64,000 nt of DNA. Origin: Patescibacteria group bacterium. Its GTDB lineage: Bacteria > Patescibacteriota > CPR2 > UBA1875 > CAIMLA01. The translations under genes were made by a program, and so were the position numbers. The notes below the pieces were generated by a model that saw nothing but the letters and a program-made list of their open reading frames with translations, had not been told where the DNA came from and ran no database searches. Shown here piece by piece: positions 31,046-38,170 of this stretch (position 1 is its first letter; the number at the start of each line of letters is the position of its first letter). The DNA is taken from the NCBI GenBank assembly GCA_041738615.1, contig JBGSPL010000001.1, forward strand, positions 158,564 to 222,563. Direction: 5' to 3'.

Positions 31046-32281
31046 CTATGAGTTACGTAGTACTCCATCTAGATTCCTAGCTTCCTCACTAGTCAGAAGT
31101 GACATTTCGTTATATCCGAGCAGACTGAGTCCCTCAATGTCACGGATACGAGATAAGGCCACATAACCCAGACCGTAGGTAAAAGACCTAGAAAGATCAA
31201 TTTCGGCATAGTCCAGGGTCATTCCTTGGCTTTTGTGGATTGTTATGGCCCAGGCCAAACGCAATGGTATTTGTTCTATCCAATCATCGGCGCCAATCTC
31301 ATCGGTCCCCCATCGCATTGGCGCGGCGAGCACAGTGTCTCCCCGGAATGTTTCTACTATCGGATATCCGGTATCTACATCAAAATCGGTTATGGTTCCC
31401 GTAGTTCCGTTCACGTAATTTTTGGTGGGATTGTTGAAAACAAACATTACAACAGCTCCTATTTTTAGCCTCAATACCTCTGGGGCTAGGCAACCCTTTC
31501 GCATCTGGGTGACGATATAACTGTCGCCACTATCTTTCATCTTAAATACATATTCCCTTTCAGTCAGAGCGCTTAACCGGTTTTCATTATAAGTGTCCAC
31601 ATTAACATTGTGTGTATATAGCTTAGTTGGGATTATAGTCTCGTCGAAAGGATACCTCAGCCTACTAGTAAGCAGTTCTACAGTATCTTCACTTACGCGA
31701 GACTCGCGTATCTCGTTGAGAACTTGGTGCAAAGAATTGTTTTCGGTTTGCCGATACTGTTTGTCCAAGTAGCAAACACTGAGGTCCATCTGCTGCCAGG
31801 CCGCGGAGAGATTCACAAAATTGCCCCGATTCTTTACCCTAGATACGGGAGGTAGCTGAAAAAAGTCACCGCAGAGAATCACTTGGAGTCCACCGAACGG
31901 TCCAAGCTCTGTACGGACTCTTCGACAAATCTCGTCTACAAGGTCTAGTTGATAATCGTGAAGCATAGAGACTTCGTCGATAATAAGGACGTCTGCTTCC
32001 TGAACTCGTTTTACCGCAGCCTTGTTCTTCGTAAACATCTTCTTGATTTCGCTTGGGGTCATGCGGTCCTTGATACCCATACCGCTCCATGAGTGAATGG
32101 TAACGCCACCCAGATGCGTTGCCGCGATACCGGTAGATGCCGTGATCCCCACCTTGATCTTGTTTTTGTTCAAATACGCTATGAATTGATTTAATAAATA
32201 GGTCTTGCCTGTGCCGGCCTGGCCTGTAATAAGAGCGTTTTTACCGCTTACTAGTATCTCGAAGGCTTCTTCTTGTGTCAT
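31046..32281 (-). CDS. PIF1/RecD-family SF1B DNA helicase
   Basis: 411 aa; Walker A GQAGTGKTYLL, Walker B LIIDEVSML, GDFFQLPPV, C-terminal ITIHKSQGMT; AAA_30 + UvrD_C_2-like arrangement. Confidence 0.85.
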   Translation of the reverse strand: MTQEEAFEILVSGKNALITGQAGTGKTYLLNQFIAYLNKNKIKVGITASTGIAATHLGGVTIHSWSGMGIKDRMTPSEIKKMFTKNKAAVKRVQEADVLIIDEVSMLHDYQLDLVDEICRRVRTELGPFGGLQVILCGDFFQLPPVSRVKNRGNFVNLSAAWQQMDLSVCYLDKQYRQTENNSLHQVLNEIRESRVSEDTVELLTSRLRYPFDETIIPTKLYTHNVNVDTYNENRLSALTEREYVFKMKDSGDSYIVTQMRKGCLAPEVLRLKIGAVVMFVFNNPTKNYVNGTTGTITDFDVDTGYPIVETFRGDTVLAAPMRWGTDEIGADDWIEQIPLRLAWAITIHKSQGMTLDYAEIDLSRSFTYGLGYVALSRIRDIEGLSLLGYNEMSLLTSEEARNLDGVLRNS

Positions 32282-32470
32282 TACATTATTATCCCTAGTT
32301 TCGGTTGCTAAAACTAGTAGACAGTCCCTCTTTGCAGGTAAATGTCATAATGCGCTATTCAAAACTCCGATTTAGTCGTATAATGCTCATGTTTTGCAGC
32401 TTTACAGACAGATAGTAGTTTACGTAGATTTCGGCGGCGATAATTGCCGAAAACAGGGAAGGAGCACTCC

Positions 32471-32644
32471 ATGTGCGGAGAAATACCGGCGGGATTTGGC
32501 CCGGGAGGAATTGGCTGGCTCGGGGATTGTCAGCCTGTCCAAGCTCCCAGTACAGCTGTACAGGGCGATACCACCAAGGCTAGTCTGGAGGTATCGGAGG
32601 CTTCGGCCCAAGACCCTGCCTCTAGCAGCGATACGCCGAGCTGA
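32471..32644 (+). CDS. Small acidic protein (57 aa) with strong SD
   Basis: GGAAGGAG-6 nt-ATG; MCGEIPAGFGPGGIGWLGDCQPV...; high GC; terminated by the hairpin at 32755-32795. Confidence 0.4.
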   Translation: MCGEIPAGFGPGGIGWLGDCQPVQAPSTAVQGDTTKASLEVSEASAQDPASSSDTPS

Positions 32645-32754
32645 CCCCCTCGATGCCCCCCACTCCCTATTTACTACTTTCTATCTACCGTCACTCAAGT
32701 GACAACCTGCACAGACTTGGCCGGATTCCACTCGTGGGACCCGGCCTAGTGCAT

Positions 32755-32795
32755 TAAAAAGGAGCGACCAAGCGGTCGCTCCTTGAGTATTTCTT
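32755..32795. terminator. Bidirectional terminator AAGGAGCGACC-AAGC-GGTCGCTCCTT
   Basis: Perfect 11-bp stem between convergent genes. Confidence 0.65.
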
Positions 32796-32798
32796 AGT

Positions 32799-33416
32799 CT
32801 ACAGTTTTACGTAAATCGTTTTGTTGCTCCAAAAGCTTGGTTTAAATACTAGCTTAAGGCCTGTGTCTCCCGCTGGGACCTCAAAAACCATTGTCCCTGT
32901 CACCTTACCGCCCGGTGCAAGGTTTCCAGAATTCAGCTTGTTCTCAGCGTCAACAAATGTCTCCGTTTTCAAGACGCCGCTACTGTCCTGAACCTGAAAA
33001 TCGAAGGTATTGAAACTCACCTGGTCTGTGCCGTTATTCTCAATACTTACCTCGACAAGAACATATTCTTTCCCTGACTCTGGAACCATATATTCATTGC
33101 CGGTGCTATAGTTTCGTGTTGCTTTAGTGACTCTTAGAATCTGCTTGTCTATACTCGCAGCTTCACCAACGATGTAATCTGATTTTGCAGCGGCAATCTT
33201 GGACTCAGTACTACTCTTACCCGTCGTGGTGGTAGTCGTTTTGCCGCCACCGGTGGCAGAGATAACTGCTCCAAGCAAAATGATACCCAGGATGACCGAG
33301 ATAACCTTATGTTGTACAAACCAATTTCTTAAATCTGCACCACAGTGCTTACATTTTACAGCGCCTTTTGCGATGTCCTCTTTACACTTTGGGCACTTTA
33401 CTACTTCTTCAGCCAT
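32799..33416 (-). CDS. Zinc-ribbon / single-TM / DUF4352-type beta-sandwich membrane protein
   Basis: 205 aa; CPKCK...CKHCG N-terminal zinc ribbon, TM helix, Thr-rich linker, C-terminal domain ...EYVLVEVSIENNGT...GTMVFEVP typical of DUF4352. Confidence 0.65.
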   Translation of the reverse strand: MAEEVVKCPKCKEDIAKGAVKCKHCGADLRNWFVQHKVISVILGIILLGAVISATGGGKTTTTTTGKSSTESKIAAAKSDYIVGEAASIDKQILRVTKATRNYSTGNEYMVPESGKEYVLVEVSIENNGTDQVSFNTFDFQVQDSSGVLKTETFVDAENKLNSGNLAPGGKVTGTMVFEVPAGDTGLKLVFKPSFWSNKTIYVKL

Positions 33417-33490
33417 GTATTCCCCTTTCGTGGTTAATATCTAGCCTGATTTTAGCCCTGCACTAGCATAAATGTCAAATATTAGCCCAG

Positions 33491-34072
33491 TTATTTAGCG
33501 CCGTACACTACGAACCCTTGGTGCCTAAGATCCTCGGCGAGTTTCTTCTCTGCTGTCTGGGCCTCTTCTTTGGTCTTAATAGCACTAGGTACCCAAAGAT
33601 CTGTTCGCAAGATGGGATTCTCGGCTTTGCGGACTTTTACAGATGAATTGTAACCTGAGATATGTTGTGCAAGCCGTATTTCTGGGTCGTATATAGACTG
33701 TCCCACGTAAACCTTTTTGGGATTATTATCGAGCTCGATGACGTACAGCTGCCAGAAACCCTTTTGAAGGTGTGAGCCAGCTATTACTTGATAGTTCTTT
33801 TCTGTAAGTATCTCTACTTGGTCCAAAACGAGCTTCTTTGCTTCGTCTTCTGTGTTTATTGGCTTGATTTTAGCTGATTTTTCAACCAGCATTGCAGGCT
33901 TCTTGCCATGACGAACACTGCGCACAAACTTTTCAAAACACTTTTGGATGTGATCTTGGCTATACTGAATAAATAGCTTTCTGGAGCCCTTATTGATCTC
34001 GAAAATATATATCTGATAAGGAATGATCGCCGAATCGGGGCTGATATCTAGATTGGGAGTAACTTCTTTCAT
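33491..34072 (-). CDS. GIY-YIG nuclease-domain protein with uncharacterised N-terminal domain
   Basis: 193 aa; ...WQLYVIELDNNPKKVYVGQSIYDPEIRLAQHISG... fits GIY-(10-11)-YIG-...-R-...-H; AT-rich host-like composition. Confidence 0.6.
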   Translation of the reverse strand: MKEVTPNLDISPDSAIIPYQIYIFEINKGSRKLFIQYSQDHIQKCFEKFVRSVRHGKKPAMLVEKSAKIKPINTEDEAKKLVLDQVEILTEKNYQVIAGSHLQKGFWQLYVIELDNNPKKVYVGQSIYDPEIRLAQHISGYNSSVKVRKAENPILRTDLWVPSAIKTKEEAQTAEKKLAEDLRHQGFVVYGAK

Positions 34073-34200
34073 GAGTGTATTATAACGTACTTTTGTGCTT
34101 AATAATAGGTAAACCTACAGTTACGAAAGGCGCCCAGTAGTGCAGCGCCAATCTTGCGGATAGGCGTGCGCTCTGGGCGCTTGGTGACCAACTAGCCGTG

Positions 34201-34671
34201 TTACGAAACCGGTTCGGTGGCGTATTGCCGGGTTGGCTTTGGCTCTTCGTAGAGAGGGTTCTCGATGCGGCCGCCGACGACGGCCTGCTTGTAGGTGTCC
34301 TGGTCGACGATGATGGTGAAGTCGAGCTTGTCCCAGTATGTGGGCTCGTCGTCGCCTGGGTCGGCTAGTACAGCGTAGCGCGCACGGACAAGTAGCTCGA
34401 AACAGGTCGGTTCCCCGAGCTCCCACGGGTAGGATGAGAGTAGAGATAGGTCATTTCCAAGTGGGCCGTTCGTGAACGAAAGCGCTGGCGCGAGCTTCTC
34501 GACGACCGTGACGTACCGGTGGCTCTTCTTGATTGCCACCTTCTCGTTTCTATTGTCGATCGCGATGGCGCAGATGAACAAGACGATAATAATGACCACC
34601 AGTGCGACGATGAGGGCCAGGAAGCCCCCAGTAATCGCAAGTGCCCATTGCCACCAAGCCCAATACGGCAT
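34201..34671 (-). CDS. Hypothetical N-terminally membrane-anchored protein (156 aa), high GC
   Basis: SD GGGGAGGGG before ATG; TM LALIVALVVIIIVLFICAIAI then soluble domain. Confidence 0.5.
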   Translation of the reverse strand: MPYWAWWQWALAITGGFLALIVALVVIIIVLFICAIAIDNRNEKVAIKKSHRYVTVVEKLAPALSFTNGPLGNDLSLLSSYPWELGEPTCFELLVRARYAVLADPGDDEPTYWDKLDFTIIVDQDTYKQAVVGGRIENPLYEEPKPTRQYATEPVS

Positions 34672-34740
34672 GACCCCTCCCCTGACGAAGTGACCTTACG
34701 CCTTAGTATAGGCAAAGATTACAAATAGTCAAGAGTATAT

Positions 34741-34790
34741 ACGAAAAGAGTCCGCGCCGGAGGCGCATAGCGCAGACTCCTTCGCGGACC
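34741..34790 (-). repeat. Copy 1 of ~50-bp palindromic terminator-like repeat
   Basis: ACGAAAAGAGTCCGCGCCGGAGGCGCATAGCGCAGACTCCTTCGCGGAC; minus strand forms a long imperfect hairpin followed by TCTTTTCGT; sits just 3' of gene 34797..35804. Confidence 0.7.
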
Positions 34791-34796
34791 GTAGTG

Positions 34797-35804
34797 TTAG
34801 GACCCGATACTTGACGTGTCTTCGTCATCCTTAGACAGCTCGATACCCTCTTCTTCCTCGTAGTGAATGTCGATCGGTCCTGGCATGTATGAAGCAATCA
34901 CCTGGCAGATAGCGACATCGAGGCCGTCGTCCTGCCAATCCTTGCCTGGACTACGAACAACAACGATACCGCCGAGGATTTCACCGACGAGAACGAGTCC
35001 GGGAATCTGACCTATCTCGAGCCGTATCTCTGGTAGAGCCAAGCTAGAAGCTGCGGGTCGACCCAAATCGTCGAAATCTCCACCGAATGGATATGGGTGA
35101 TAAGGAGGCAACCCGTAGACAGTGTAACGGTGGACGTTCTCGGCTAGCGCGTCGATGTAGATGAAAAGCAATGGGTTGTCTCCGTTGCGCTTCTCTCGAA
35201 CGAGGCTGTCGATTTCGCCAACCAGTACTTTGACCTTCTCTGAGACATCAGCGGAACCGATGAACCCAACGGCTTTGTCGGCTGGGTCTGACGTCTCGAG
35301 GTCTTCCCACAATTCCTCAGAAGTGAGACCTGAGAGCTCGCGACGAAACTCGTCGACAATGTCATGTGTCGCGAGCTCTTGTTTGCGCTGACGCGCGATT
35401 TCTTCAGTCACAGCTTCGTCAAGACCGACGAGGATAGAGGTGATGAACGCCTCTAGCTCGATAAGCTCATCGGTAGCCACCCGGCTCTTTGCCAACATTC
35501 GTTTGTAGGTGAATTGAGCTTGCCGCGCTTCCTCGGTAAGATCAGAGTGATTCTTCTTGTACTCCTGGGCAATGCCCTGGATCCACCTCGACCGGCGCAT
35601 CTTGAGAAAGATCTCACCGGTATCGTCGGTGAGTTCCTCGGCCGGTAGGATGAGCATCCTCTCGAGCAACACCATCACTGACGAAAGGTTCGGCAGTAGT
35701 CTCTCGGGCTCTTCGTAGCCTACGACCTCAAAGTCATGAGCGACGGCGGCGAGGCAGTCGATCACGTCTCGCACCCATGCTGTGCTGGTGTCATGGAACG
35801 ACAT
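34797..35804 (-). CDS. Hypothetical acidic protein (335 aa), high GC
   Basis: SD GGAGGGAG-6-ATG; no recognisable catalytic motif; flanked on both sides by the palindromic repeat. Confidence 0.55.
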   Translation of the reverse strand: MSFHDTSTAWVRDVIDCLAAVAHDFEVVGYEEPERLLPNLSSVMVLLERMLILPAEELTDDTGEIFLKMRRSRWIQGIAQEYKKNHSDLTEEARQAQFTYKRMLAKSRVATDELIELEAFITSILVGLDEAVTEEIARQRKQELATHDIVDEFRRELSGLTSEELWEDLETSDPADKAVGFIGSADVSEKVKVLVGEIDSLVREKRNGDNPLLFIYIDALAENVHRYTVYGLPPYHPYPFGGDFDDLGRPAASSLALPEIRLEIGQIPGLVLVGEILGGIVVVRSPGKDWQDDGLDVAICQVIASYMPGPIDIHYEEEEGIELSKDDEDTSSIGS

Positions 35805-35890
35805 GACCGGCTCCCTCCGTCGGTTTTCAAGGTATCGTTGTCCTTGCGGGTATTATACATAAGGCCACTAGATATACAAGCCCCATAAAC

Positions 35891-35940
35891 GAAGGGAGTC
35901 CGCGCCGGAGGCGCATGGCGCAGACTCCTTCGCGGACTCG
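35891..35940 (-). repeat. Copy 2 of the palindromic repeat (about 3 mismatches to copy 1)
   Basis: ACGAAGGGAGTCCGCGCCGGAGGCGCATGGCGCAGACTCCTTCGCGGACTC just 3' of gene 35971..36288. Confidence 0.7.
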
Positions 35941-35970
35941 TGTTGCCGTACACACGGCTGAAGGGGATGT

Positions 35971-36288
35971 CTACAGACAGAATCTCTCCGGAACCTTGAA
36001 GCGGAAGGGAGAGAATTCCCTCTTCGGTGCAGGACGATAGTAGCCTATACAAGGGCTTTCGTCCTCTGCTTCAATCAGAACGTAGAGCTCCTGCCCGTGT
36101 AGCTGCTTCTTGAGAAACTCCAGAACTGGGCCTATCTTGCCTCGATTACCCTTGGGTTTGTAGTAGAGGCAGAAGTAGAGAATCCCTTGGTACCGCCTCA
36201 GTACTACCTTGCCGTTCACCCACTGGCGAACGATTTCTGTCACCTCTTCGGGTGTCAAGGGACGGTTGTTCGTCTTCCTTCTTCCCAT
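35971..36288 (-). CDS. Hypothetical basic protein (105 aa)
   Basis: SD GAGAGGGGAAAC-ATG; MGRRKTNNRPLTPEEVTEIVRQW... Confidence 0.45.
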   Translation of the reverse strand: MGRRKTNNRPLTPEEVTEIVRQWVNGKVVLRRYQGILYFCLYYKPKGNRGKIGPVLEFLKKQLHGQELYVLIEAEDESPCIGYYRPAPKREFSPFRFKVPERFCL

Positions 36289-36423
36289 GTTTCCCCTCTC
36301 GGCGTTCGGAACTATACAACAAGCGTACTAGTTTGCACCTCCATTTGTCGTAGGTGACGCTTGTGGATTCTGTAAGGTACTCTCATCGGTATACCCAGAT
36401 GTCGGGAAACGGGCAGCTGACCC

Positions 36424-36750
36424 CTAGGAAACCAGGGCGGCGGCGATGAAGGCGAGCAGCTCGCTCGGCTTGGACGAGTGAACGTGGACTTCCTGAAGGC
36501 CACTCGGCCGACGGTCGATGACCTTCACCCCGACGACAGGGGCTTCCTTGCCCGGTGTGCAGGCGTGCAGCTCAGTGGCCCTGCGGTAGGGCCTTGCGGG
36601 ACGCATCGGCTTCTCGGTAGGCTTAGCGCTCTTGTGCGTAATGCGGGCGGTTGGGTCAGGACAGTCCTCATGAGCGAGGATTGCCTGGACGTCACCGAGA
36701 AGCGGAAAGGCCTTCTGGCTGTGCTTTTCGCGCTGAGATCGAGTTGACAT
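36424..36750 (-). CDS. Hypothetical protein (108 aa), high GC
   Basis: SD GGGGAGAAC before ATG 36750; first gene after the island's right-end promoter. Confidence 0.45.
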   Translation of the reverse strand: MSTRSQREKHSQKAFPLLGDVQAILAHEDCPDPTARITHKSAKPTEKPMRPARPYRRATELHACTPGKEAPVVGVKVIDRRPSGLQEVHVHSSKPSELLAFIAAALVS

Positions 36751-36845
36751 TCGTTCTCCCCTGTCGATGCCTACAAGACTGGTACTTAACCTATACTCCC
36801 TTCGGCATGATGCAACCGCATCCTTGGATCCCTTAGAATGCTAAG

Positions 36846-36875
36846 ATTATATCCCCTAGATAGGGCAAAACGCAA
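36846..36875 (-). promoter_or_regulatory. Candidate promoter TTGCGT-18-TATAAT with a palindrome (CCCTA-GA-TAGGG) in the spacer
   Basis: Minus-strand -35/-10 read directly; positioned ~90 nt upstream of gene 36750 and reading leftward into the island. Confidence 0.35.
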
Positions 36876-36880
36876 GGTGT

Positions 36881-37885
36881 CTAGATATCCCAGGCAAAAC
36901 CATTCCCAAAGTGGCCTTGCGAGGCAGTTTGCCGATACACTGGGTCCCTGAGTCCCAGACTTGATATTATCCCATCCGGTGAAAGGTCGTACTCACCGTC
37001 TATGAGAAGATTAATTTCTTTGTGTCCGTCAATTATGGCAATGGCCATTACTGGCTGGACGACACCAATGCTGTAAGCGAGTTTCACCAGCACCTCATTA
37101 CAGTTCAACTTTCTAAGATAATCAACTGCGATGCGCCGTGCCATATAGGCAGCACTACGGTCGACCTTGGTAGCATCTTTGCCGCTATAGCAACCGCCGC
37201 CAATTGGTATTTGAGGTCCATAATTATCGACAGCTAATTTCCGACCGGTAAGACCGGTATCAGCCGTAAAACCTCCGATAGAAAAGTCCCCGGTCGGATT
37301 TATATGAATATGTATTGGCTTTAAAGTTTCTGCCAACTCGCGAAGCGGAGCAAAATCCTCACCGGGTTGGTGTTGCGCACTTATGACGACGGTATCGACA
37401 CTACCATCCTCGGCCAAGGTAACCTGACTTTTGGCGTCAGGGCCAAAACCTACCGGCAAAGCGTGGATTAGCTTACGCGAAAGGTAAAGTCCTTGGGGTA
37501 TCATCGCTTCATTCTCGTTACAAGCATAACCAACCATAATCCCCTGATCTCCTGCCCCACCAACATCAACACCCTGTGCGATCTCTGGACTTTGATGAAC
37601 GACATTCGTAAATACCTGTAGAGTGTCGTTGTAACCAATTACTGTATAAATATTTTGTACAATTGAGGTCAAATCAAAGTGTGCCTTCGAAGTCACTTCG
37701 CCGGTTATATATATCTGCCCATGTCCTCCCATAACCTCTACTGCCACTCTGCTCCCGGGGTCCTGCCGCAGATATTCATCCAAGATAGCATCTGATATCT
37801 GGTCACATACTTTGTCTGGATGTCCAGCGCTCACACATTCTGCAGTTCGCATTCCCTTGTTTTTAAAATAGTCATTTTCGCTCAT
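36881..37885 (-). CDS. metK: S-adenosylmethionine synthetase (short form)
   Basis: GHPDKVCDQISDAILD, GAGDQGIMVGYA, DAKSQVT, GGGCYSGKDATKVDRSAAY; SD AAGGAGA-6-ATG at 37885. Confidence 0.9.
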   Translation of the reverse strand: MSENDYFKNKGMRTAECVSAGHPDKVCDQISDAILDEYLRQDPGSRVAVEVMGGHGQIYITGEVTSKAHFDLTSIVQNIYTVIGYNDTLQVFTNVVHQSPEIAQGVDVGGAGDQGIMVGYACNENEAMIPQGLYLSRKLIHALPVGFGPDAKSQVTLAEDGSVDTVVISAQHQPGEDFAPLRELAETLKPIHIHINPTGDFSIGGFTADTGLTGRKLAVDNYGPQIPIGGGCYSGKDATKVDRSAAYMARRIAVDYLRKLNCNEVLVKLAYSIGVVQPVMAIAIIDGHKEINLLIDGEYDLSPDGIISSLGLRDPVYRQTASQGHFGNGFAWDI

Positions 37886-37907
37886 TATGCTCTCCTTTTG
37901 TTTTAGC

Positions 37908-37936
37908 AATCAAAAATCTCTTTCCACCGAAAGAGA
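37908..37936 (-). terminator. Expression-platform intrinsic terminator of the metK riboswitch
   Basis: Minus strand TCTCTTTC-GGTG-GAAAGAGA followed by TTTTT, 25 nt before the metK SD. Confidence 0.65.
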
Positions 37937-37960
37937 CAAGTTCGACCTTTTCATATAGGA

Positions 37961-38095
37961 CTTATCGCTCCACTTTCGTGGCTAGCATTGGCACCCTACA
38001 GCTCTAGGGTTGCCGGCAGGTACCACCATCGCAAAAGATTGCTCTTTCGGTCAGGCATCGGGCTAGTTCCCTATCTGCGCTCTTGATATATTTGA
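37961..38095 (-). promoter_or_regulatory. SAM-I (S-box) riboswitch aptamer candidate upstream of metK
   Basis: Minus strand ...TATCAAGAGCGCAGATAGGGAACTAGCCCGATGCC...GGCAACC...GGGTGCCAATGCTAGCC...GAGCGATAAG matches the SAM-I core (AUCAAGAG, AGGGA, GCCCGAUG, GGCAACC, GGUGCCAAU, P1 closing GAUAAG) with an enlarged P3 insert. Confidence 0.6.
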
Positions 38096-38134
38096 TTGTG
38101 ATCTAAGTATACTAAGGTTTGAGCCTGGAATCAA

Positions 38135-38170
38135 ATAATCCCCACTAAGTTAGTGGGGATTATTTTGGTT
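38135..38170. terminator. Hairpin AATCCCCACT-AAGTT-AGTGGGGATT with flanking T-runs, 3' of the DEAD-box helicase gene
   Basis: 10-bp perfect stem. Confidence 0.6.

Larger units (their letters stand above)
28870..36860. other. Compositionally anomalous mosaic island (high-GC blocks up to ~60% alternating with host-like AT-richer genes)
   Basis: Sharp change in base composition and codon style (GTCGTCGCCGACGAC-type runs) compared with flanking ~43% GC; gene content mostly uncharacterised plus PIF1 helicase and GIY-YIG protein; no integrase seen. Confidence 0.6.

Noticed and set aside
31080-31100. 11-nt match AGAAGTGACAT shared between the helicase 3' region and the secA start region (1280)
   Set aside because: A single short match, most likely coincidence
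30675-31166. 163-aa plus-strand ORF overlapping minus-strand gene 30528..30968
   Set aside because: The composition is Arg/Ser/Leu-rich and non-protein-like. The antisense frame is more plausible, though both are low confidence
28835-36815. Short direct repeat TACTCCCT(T)CGG near both island borders as possible att sites
   Set aside because: It is only 11-12 nt with a mismatch, no integrase is present, and the match is within chance expectation
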